Source: Octopus sinensis (lineage: Eukaryota). Taken from it: a stretch of DNA of 64,000 nucleotides. The notes beneath the pieces were generated by a model. It was not told where the DNA came from. It made no database searches and saw only the letters and a list, made by a program, of their open reading frames with translations. Position 1 is the stretch's first letter, and every line of letters starts with the position of its first letter. The stretch is taken from positions 44,454,001 to 44,518,000 of the forward strand of contig NC_043006.1 in NCBI RefSeq assembly GCF_006345805.1, read 5' to 3'. A program made the translations under genes and the position numbers. Positions 55,454 to 64,000 of the stretch are shown one piece after another.

Positions 55454-55560
55454 ATATGTGTGTATGTATGTATGTTTGAAATGAATACAAGTTAATGATA
55501 TTTCAAACTGTTCATTACAAACGTTTCAATAATCTTTTGAAGAACTTCATTTTTCATCAG

Positions 55561-55674
55561 CACCACCACCACCGCCACCGCCACCGCCGCCGCCATCGCT
55601 GCCACCACCACCACCACCACTGCCACCACCGCCACTGCCGCCACCACCGCCACTGCCGCCGCCACCACCACCAT
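55561..55674. repeat. (CCA/CCG)n trinucleotide repeat
   Basis: Direct reading. Confidence 0.9.
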
Positions 55675-56934
55675 CTGATCTATATAGTATAATTTAAACG
55701 TACACAATGAATTGTTTTGAAATAACCATCAGCTTGTTTTCACTCTTCATTTCAACTATTTGTGGCTCTTTTTATCATGCTATAACCTGACTCTTTTTTA
55801 TGCCATTTTAACATGGCATCTATAACTCACGTATTTTGACACTTTACTGCGTATATGGGTGTGTGTATGTATTTGTATATACAGGTACAACACAGACTTT
55901 CTGGTGACTGATGGTCCAGAACCTCTTATAATCTACACTAATTTTCAAACAAGAACTTCAAATTCCTGTGGCCGCCAGACTATTTTACTAGTAGGTTGCA
56001 CAAACTAGTACCTTGCATATTACAGTATTAATAAACTTGTATAATCTATACCATTGTACTGTTGTATTTGTATTTCATTTAATTATTTAAGTAAATTTAA
56101 TATTTGTTTAATTTAGAATGTGTTAGCCTGGGTGATCACCACTGTCTAACAGTAATCCAGAAAGGCTTTGGACCCTAAGGTTCCACAAAATCGATGTTGT
56201 ACCTGTATGTGTATTTATGTGTGCATGTGTGTAAACATATATACCTATATGTGTTTGTGTGTGTATGCACGCACACATACACACACACACTCATACACAC
56301 ACATATACATACATACATACATCATCATCATCATCATCATTGTTTAACATCCACTTTCCGTGCTAGCATGGATTGGACGATTTTGACTGACAGATGGCTG
56401 CACCAGGCCCCAATCTTGATCTGGCAGAGTTTCTACAGGTGGATGCCCTTCCTAATGCCAACCACTCCGAGAGTGTAGTGGGTGCTTTTTACATGCCACC
56501 GGCACGGGGCCAGTCAGGTAGTACTGGCAACAACTTTGCTTGAATCTTTTTACACATGCTACCGGCACAGGTGCCAGTAAGCCGACGCTGGTAACGATCA
56601 CGCGTGAATAGTGCCTTTTACGTGCCACTGACATGGAAGCAAGATAGCCGTCTGGCAACGATCATGCTCAGATGGTGCTCTTGGCACCCTACTAGCACAG
56701 GCACAAGTGCCAGTAAGGCGATGCTAGTAACGATCACACTCGAATGGCGCCAAGTTTGTAGGGATATATTATCCAGGTGAATACCATGTTAGTTCTCTGT
56801 TTGGTTCCAGATGCTAGCTGACCACAACGGTCAGTATCCAATACTAGTGCTTACAGTGAGTTGTTAGTCACTGGTAAATTCTCCTGTTGAGTAATTCTGT
56901 GTGTCCTACTCAGGCCTGTGAAGGTTCTCTAGAG

Positions 56935-57372
56935 CAGTGCTTCTTAAACTATCTGATGTGGCATACCAGCAGTTTTTTTTTCCAATGTGCCAGGGACTGG
57001 TAATATTTCTTTGTAATATTAATTTATACCAGAAACAATATATATAATGTAATGGCTTGTTACCAACTTAATGTAGCAGTTCCAGGAAAACGAAGAATTT
57101 TACTGTTTTTTAGCCCCAAGAAACACTGTTTCTAGTGGGCTACGTGACACAAACATTCTGTATACTTAAGTTTCCAAAAAGGGAGATATATATAATGAAT
57201 ATAAGAAAAGTTAACAATTCTTTTTATCTTATATTTATTTTGTAAACAAATAATACAATATTACATAAGCATTTTATAATGTTTCTTTCTTTTCTGGAAA
57301 CTTGCCATGTACGGGCAGCTGATGGCTCACGGACTGGCACCAGTCCGCAGACCACCACTTTGAGTAGCACTG
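56935..57372. mobile_element. hAT (Charlie-like) MITE
   Basis: CAGTGCT...AGCACTG termini, 8-bp TSD ctctagag/ccctagag; partial copy ends at 20952. Confidence 0.8.
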
Positions 57373-57528
57373 CCCTAGAGTGTATAATAATATTTATAGT
57401 GCACTGACAATATTGACAGGTTGCATCTACAACAATGTGCAGTTGCTGTAGGGGAAAAACATGCAGGTCATTGTAATATGCTGTATATAACTGTAAAATA
57501 AAATAGTGGATGTATAAGTCTCCATACT

Positions 57529-57574
<46 letters not shown>

Positions 57575-57578
<4 letters not shown>

Positions 57579-57812
57579 GAAGGTTTGAAAATGCAATTTT
57601 AAAAGATGTTTATTCACTTGACCGGTTTCACTTTTTTAGAAAAAGATTGTCAAAAGTAACATGTAAAAGCTTTATTGTGTTAAGTACTGGTTGTCACAAA
57701 ATATTACAATACATATATACATTCTTTGATAATAATAAGAACTTGTTAAAAACAGTTTACAAGGAAAAATCTTGGGAAAACATCTTTTAAAATTGCATTT
57801 TCAAACCTTCTT
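57575..57812. mobile_element. MITE with about 35-bp TIRs in TA context
   Basis: aaagaaggtttgaaaatgcaattttaaaagatgttt and its reverse complement; inverted partial copy at about 44340..44550. Confidence 0.7.
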
Positions 57813-57981
57813 TTATATATAATTCCACTCATGCGGTACCTTACAACTTACAACAGTATTGTTATATACACACACACACACATTGTGTGTGTGTGATGTT
57901 ATTGACCAAAGAGTACAAGGTTCAGAAGTTAAGGTCATGTCAAGGCCATGAAACTGGCCCCTTTGCCAGTTTTCCTCAGCA

Positions 57982-58105
57982 TTACCCTTTCTCTTTTTGA
58001 TTGCGTCCATCACCAGATATGGTGTAATATATCTCATGTCTTTGCATATCTGTATTCAGTTTAGACACTGGGTCAAAGTTCACAGATCCTGGAAACAGGC
58101 CAAAA
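57982..58105 (-). CDS. Candidate terminal coding exon of an unidentified gene
   Basis: Good acceptor (ctttaatcctgttttctccag|), apparently non-repetitive sequence, only one open frame: FGLFPGSVNFDPVSKLNTDMQRHEIYYTISGDGRNQKEKG*. No upstream exon identified. Confidence 0.35.
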
Positions 58106-60969
58106 CTGGAGAAAACAGGATTAAAGTAGTTATACTTTGGTTACTGATTATGTTACTGAATAAAAACTCAGGAATAACCTTCCCAACAACACAGAAATCT
58201 ATTGAAATATGTCACTACACCTTCAATTTGAAAGAACGATTTTCTTTTTTAAAAAATTTCTCATGTGTTAACAATAGAATTATGTATAGTTCCAAGGTGC
58301 AGGAGTGGCTGTTTGGTAAGTAGCTATAGGCGTAGGAGTGGCTGTTTGGTAAGTAGCTATAGGCATAGGAGTGGCTGTGTGGTAAGTAGCTTACTTACCA
58401 ACCGCATGGTCCTGGGTTCAGTCCTACTGCGTGGCACTTTTGGCAAGTGTCTTCTACTATAGCCTCAGGCCGACCAAAGCCTTGTGAGTGGATTTGGTAG
58501 ACAGAAACTGGAATATGCCCATCGTATATGTATGTATATATATATATGTATGTGTGTGTATGTATTTGTCCCCTCATCATCGCTTGACAACTGATGCTTG
58601 TGTGTTTACATCCTCGTAACTTAGCAGTTCAGAAAAAGAGACCGATAGAATAAGTACTAGGCTTACAAAGAATAAGGTCTGGGGTCGATTTGCTCGATTA
58701 AAGGCGGTGCTCCAACATGGCCACATTCAAATAACTGAAACAACTAAGAAAATAAGAGAGAGAGAATAATGTTTGTAGATATTTGTGACTAATCACTGCA
58801 GTTTATTATTTCGTAGTACAGGATCTGAAAATGACAGGTTGTTGACTTATTTTTTAATATTTTCTCAACAGGACATTTTTTAAATGTTTAACACTTTTAT
58901 AGGTTCTACATGCAGTTCGTGGATTTAAAATTCTTTCTACTATAGGCACAAAGTCTGAAATTTTTTCTGTTCTCGACTGGTTACCAACCCTCAAAAGGAT
59001 AAAAGGAAAAGTCGACTGCGGAATTCTAATGCAGAAAAGTAAAGCTTGAAGAAATACCGCGAAACATTTAGTCCGACTTGCTAACGATTCCACCAATGAA
59101 CCACCTTTGAATTATGGGTTTATAAAGTGAAGACTTTTTTCTGAAATTTATTTCCTGTAAAAATTAGAATTTTGAGTATTCAAAATTTAAAGTATATATT
59201 TAATATTTTACTGAATTTAATCAAATGTCTTGCATAGTTGTATTTTAATTAAAATTTGTGCTTGGATAATTATTGATTCTTCAAGCACTTAAACTTCCAT
59301 TTCACTAGCTTGTATCCAGGCTTTTGACCTTATATTGTGAACATTCAATGAAGTTAGTTAACTGTGGAATTCCATTCAATTAGCCACTTGAGATATATTT
59401 GAATGATGATCTATTTTTGGAATTTTATGAAATTCTTTTAATTTTTAAAAAAATTAGTTGGCATTGTTACATTGCTTTTCCAGAATTACTCGACATTTCC
59501 AAAGGAAACAAAATAAATGAAAATAAAACAAATCTGAAATATATATTTATTTATCATAAAAAATATTCAAGTTCATCTTTTATTTATGAAATACAATTTT
59601 CATGTATAAATTTGAGACAGTTTAGATGTTTTCACACAAAGATATAATAATTGTATTTGCAAAACATTTTCCTCTTGACTCAGTGAGTTATGTCTAACAA
59701 ACCTCAATGTGTTCCATATTCTTTTATTCCATATTTTATGTTTCCATTGCTTCTCAGCATTATGGTGTGGTTAAACAGGATTCAAGATTAACAAATGGAA
59801 ATGAAACCCATTCTGCTCAGGCCCTTTTCTCTCATACTTTAGCCTGCTCTAGTCCTTATCTCCTTGCATAAAGTTACCTCTTCTTGTGATTTGTAGTCTT
59901 GCAAGCTGTTTCATATCCTCACTAGTGCTGGTGGCACAGATAAAGTACCCAGCACATGCTGTAAGATGAATGGCCTTGGGAAGCGCATCCAGTTATAGAA
60001 ACCATACCAAACTGGACACTGGAGTGCAATGCAGTCCTTGGGCCCATTGGATCCTGACAAACTGTCCAACCCATATTTGCATAGAACATAAATATTAAAT
60101 GCTGCTGGTGATGAATTGAATGATTAAAACATAAATGATTGCACTCTATCATGTTAAGAGTATTATATACAAACTACATATCGTGTATTACTGTTGTTTC
60201 TTGAAAAATGAAATCCTGAATTTTTACAAGTAATGTAGATATTTGTGGAGGCGTGTGACTTAGTGGTTAGGGTGTCAGCATCATGATCGTAAGATTGTGG
60301 TTTCAATTCCTGGACTGGGCGACGCATTGTGTTCTTGAGCAAAACACTTCATTTCACGTTGCTCCAGTCCACTCAGCTGGCAAAAATGAGTAACGCTGCG
60401 ATGGACTGGCGTCCCATCCAGCTGGAGAACGCATACACCATTGAAAATGGGAAACCAGGCCCATGAGCCTGGCTAGGCTTTAAAAGGGCGCATTTATTAT
60501 TTATTTAATGTAGATATTTAACTCTGTCAGGAAGAGCAAGAAAATACTTTGTAATGATCATCAATAATGATTGTATAATCAAATAATGATATTTTAGCTG
60601 GTTTAAGACCTGATTCGTGTGTTTCTACATTATGACTAACATTTCCAAGTCTAGCCATATTTGCAATATAACTCAGTCAGTGTGTCACAAATCATTATCA
60701 TCATCATCGTCGTTTAACGTCCACTTTCCATGCTAGCATGGGTTGGATGATTTGACTGAGGTCTGGCAAACCAGATGGCTGCACCAGACTCCAATCTGAT
60801 CTAGCAGAGTTTCTACAGCTGGATGCCCTTCCTAACGCCAACCACTCCGAGAGTGTAGTGGATACTTTTACGTGCCACCGGCATGGCGGCCAGTCAGGCG
60901 GTACTGGCAATGGTCATGCTCAGATGGTGCTTTTTATGTGCCACCTGCACAGGAGCCAGTCTAGTGGAA

Positions 60970-61138
60970 CTGGCAACGACCTCGTAGCGGCACTGGCAAT
61001 GACCTTGCAGCAGCACTGGCAACGACCTCGCAGCAGCACTGGCAACGACCTTGCAGCAGCACTGGCAACGACTTCGCAGCAGCACTGGCAACGACCCCGC
61101 AGCAGCACTGGCAACGACCTCGCAGCAGCACTGGCAAC
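60970..61138. repeat. 23-bp minisatellite, about 7 copies, inside an RTE 3' UTR
   Basis: ctggcaacgacctcgcagcagca repeated with period 23 (60970, 60993, 61016...). Confidence 0.9.
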
Positions 61139-61487
61139 ATTTCATTAATTAACCACAACCTTTGTTGTTATTCCACATTCACAGTTAAGATTTTTACATG
61201 ATGTAAATTCATATGGAAACACAATAAAATATCTATTTTCCTTTCCAATTTCAATTTTTTTGAAAGAATGTATGTCTTCTGCATAATGTTTCTTTGCACC
61301 ACTTCTGCTGTCCCAGTATTTTGCCAGGCTTCACAAATTTCTTGATCACATGTCTCCCATATTTAATAAGAAAACATTTCAATTTCCTTCATATATTCTA
61401 TCATATGGTTGTTAACCATAGTTTCTAAGTATAAATTATATGATCATTATTTACATTATTTACATTTGACAGATATTTGTTCTCATC

Positions 61488-61663
61488 TTAAGAAACACAC
61501 AAAAGCCGTTCGATTCACTTCAACATTTAAGTTTAATTTGTCAAAATATTTTCGTCGCTAAAATCCGCGACCTGTTCACGTCGTGGATTTTAGCGACAAA
61601 AATATTTTGACAAATTAAACTTAAATGTTGAAGTGAATCGAACGGCTTTTGTGTGTTTCTTAA
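61488..61663. repeat. Near-perfect inverted repeat, 84-bp arms, 8-nt loop
   Basis: 61488..61571 vs 61580..61663, two mismatches. Confidence 0.93.
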
Positions 61664-61712
61664 ATCGCTTACAAACACCTTCCACGCTGCAATTGTTCTC
61701 ATCTTGTTTGTT

Positions 61713-61758
61713 AACACAACATTTCGGCTGATATACCCTCGAGCCTTCATCAGGTGTC
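61713..61758 (-). ncRNA. Minimal type I hammerhead motif in Penelope-like remnant
   Basis: GACAC-CTGATGA-a-GGCT..AGCC-GAA-ATGT-T-GTGTT; related, more decayed copy at about 28295..28337. Confidence 0.55.
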
Positions 61759-62431
61759 TGTGTAAAGAAAAAGGTACACAGAATATTTAATGTTTCTTTT
61801 TCTCATATATTATAAAGGTCTAAAAGTTTTCTGTCATTGGTAGCCATGTATGGTGCCAGTTCATCCTCATTTGGAATCGTCAGCACCGTATAACCAGAGA
61901 AAAATAAATTATAAATATTACTAAGTTAGACAATTCTTATAGAGAGAAAATAGTCTACAGTTTAAAAGGCATTAATGGTGGTGTTTATTTATTCAATCAT
62001 TCATGGAGTATTTGTTAATATATATCATCATCATCATCATCATTCAATATCCATGGTCCATGCTGGCATGGGTTAGATGGTTTGACTGGAACTGGCTAGC
62101 TGGAAGGCTGCTTCAGACTCCAGACTGATTTAGCATGGTTTTCTACGGCTGGATACCCTTCCTAATGCCAACCACTCTGAGAGTGTAATGGGTGCTTTTA
62201 TGTGCCGCTGGCACGGGTGCCATTTGCATGACACTGGGGTGCATTTCCATGCCACCAGCATGGGTACCAATTTGCATGACACCAGTACCTGCCAAGACTG
62301 TGATTTTGCTCAGCTTGACAAGTCTTCTTCTCAAGCACACATAATGCCTAAGGTCTTGGTCATTGCCTCCACGAGGCCCAACATATATATACAGGGTGTG
62401 GTGAATATATATATATATGTATATATATATA

Positions 62432-63243
62432 CAGGGTGTGGTGAATATATTGTTGTCTATGCAAAAATGAAAATGACACTGACATCTCATTTTAACAGAA
62501 ATATTTTTATTAAAATTGCTTAAAAATATCTTGAAATACTAAGGCGTAAATTTATTTAATAAAATCACCACTGGCTTCAACAATGGCCTCGAAACACCTT
62601 CAGAATCCCCTGCATCTCTTCTGGACAGTCGCCTTGTTTAAGTTGGTGAAAGTTGCCATAATCCTTGTGTTCAGTTCATCTTTGGTTTTACAAGGAGTTT
62701 TGTTGGTCTCTTGTTCAACTGCACCCCACACATAATAATCAAGGGGATGGCGGTCTGGGGAGTTAGGTGGTCAGATGTTAGGGATAATGTGATTGCAGAA
62801 ATTGTCTGACAGCCATGACTGGGTTCTCCTGCTTGTGTGACATGGCGCAGAGTCCTGTTTCTAGACATAGGGTCTTCCAGCAGCCAACCACTTGACACAG
62901 GGCAGGACTATTTCCTGCAGGCACTTGATGTAGGTCTCTGTTTTGAGTCTTAGACCATGTGGGAAAATGAATCACTATCACTAGTGATCACTACAAACAC
63001 CATGATGTTGAGTGGATGTTTGATTTTTATCACTCTCGGTACATGTCCTCAGATTGACACTCAAACACTCTGAAATGTTTGTATTGGGGCTTCTGGTGCA
63101 AATGCCAAGCAGTATAGCATGTTGTTTCCAAATTTCTGGCAGAGTGAAATGTGTCATAGTGCTGTTTTTCGCATAGACGATGTCCAACTGACCCTATTAT
63201 ATTTTGTAGTTGACAATGGCGACAATTTATCCACTGCACCCTC
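62432..63243 (-). mobile_element. Decayed Tc1/mariner-superfamily (maT-like) element
   Basis: CAGGGTG ends in inverted orientation; *PPNSPDRHPLDYYVWG motif near 62720..62775; duplicated end at about 62392. Confidence 0.7.
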
Positions 63244-63336
63244 ATTATATAGACTGGGACTGACCATAACTATTTTTATCTAATTACCCTATTGCTCTAT
63301 AACTTAGTGTGGGCTTCTCTTTCAGATTTATGATTC

Positions 63337-63376
<40 letters not shown>

Positions 63377-63447
63377 CATACATATACCTTTATTAAAGCT
63401 ACAAAAATCTTCCCAAACTGTTTGCGAAAATTTTTGCAGCTTTAATA

Positions 63448-64000
63448 TTGGGTTGTCCGGAATGTTCATGCTGATTTTTAAAGGAAAGAAAAAGGTCAAT
63501 AAATACTTGCCATTACATTTTTAATCAACCAAATATGAACCATTTTGTTGCACAATGCGTCTCCATCTTTCCTTTAACTTGAAAATACCCTCTTCCCAGA
63601 ATTAAGGTGGTTTCATGGCAAAGAATTCATCAAGGTATCTTTTTACGTCATCCAAGGAATTGAAATTTTTACCATTAAGACTATTTTGCAGAGATCTGAA
63701 TAAGTGGAAATCCGAAGGAGCAATATCTGGTGAATATGGAGCATGGGGGTAATACATCCCAGCTGAGCTGCAGCAATTTTTGTCTGGTTCCCAAAGCATC
63801 AAGTGCCGAAAACGAACTTTTTTATCTTCCATTTTAAAGGGTTACAGAATTAACACAGGTTATAGGAACATAAACCTTCTTCCACGAAAAGATAGCTTAA
63901 ACTGTGCTCTAAATGGAGGTGTAGTCAAATCCTATTTTATGGACTCGACCATGTTCTAAATTAAGTGGAAAGGTAAGCTACTATAAATCGGCACAAACTT
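63448..64000 (-). mobile_element. Internally deleted mariner element, cut by window end
   Basis: TA+TTGGGTTGTCCGGAA TIR, inner part of opposite TIR at window end (aaatcggcacaaactt); MEDKKVRFRHLMLWE joined almost directly to YSPDIAPSDFHLFRSLQN. Confidence 0.88.

Noticed and set aside
55492-55707. Poly-His / poly-Ala-Val ORFs
   Set aside because: Trinucleotide repeat with no splice or coding context

Overview
AT-rich, repeat-dense animal genomic DNA; the SINE families, (GAT)n-tailed RTE LINE ends and very long (TA/CA) microsatellites point to an octopus genome (inference). I reconstructed two convergent spliced genes by hand. (1) The 3' eight coding exons of a PIWI-clade Argonaute (+ strand, 2593..17799, 410 aa of MID-PIWI, intact DEDH tetrad, Piwil2/Ago3-like); the 5' exons lie outside the window. 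(2) A complete six-exon GT10 fucosyltransferase of the FUT10/FUT11 type (- strand, 50613..27440, 464 aa with N-terminal TM anchor). A possible terminal exon of a third gene lies at 57982..58105 (-). The rest is SINEs, RTE/CR1 LINE pieces, Tc1/mariner/maT, piggyBac- and hAT-type MITEs, Helitron-like elements and simple repeats. Most notable unannotated signals: several type I hammerhead-ribozyme motifs of the Penelope kind (best one antisense in a PIWI intron, 4389..4455), long fold-back hairpins, and a tRNA-Leu 3'-half fused to an RTE 3' end. Most ORF-track entries are repeat artefacts.
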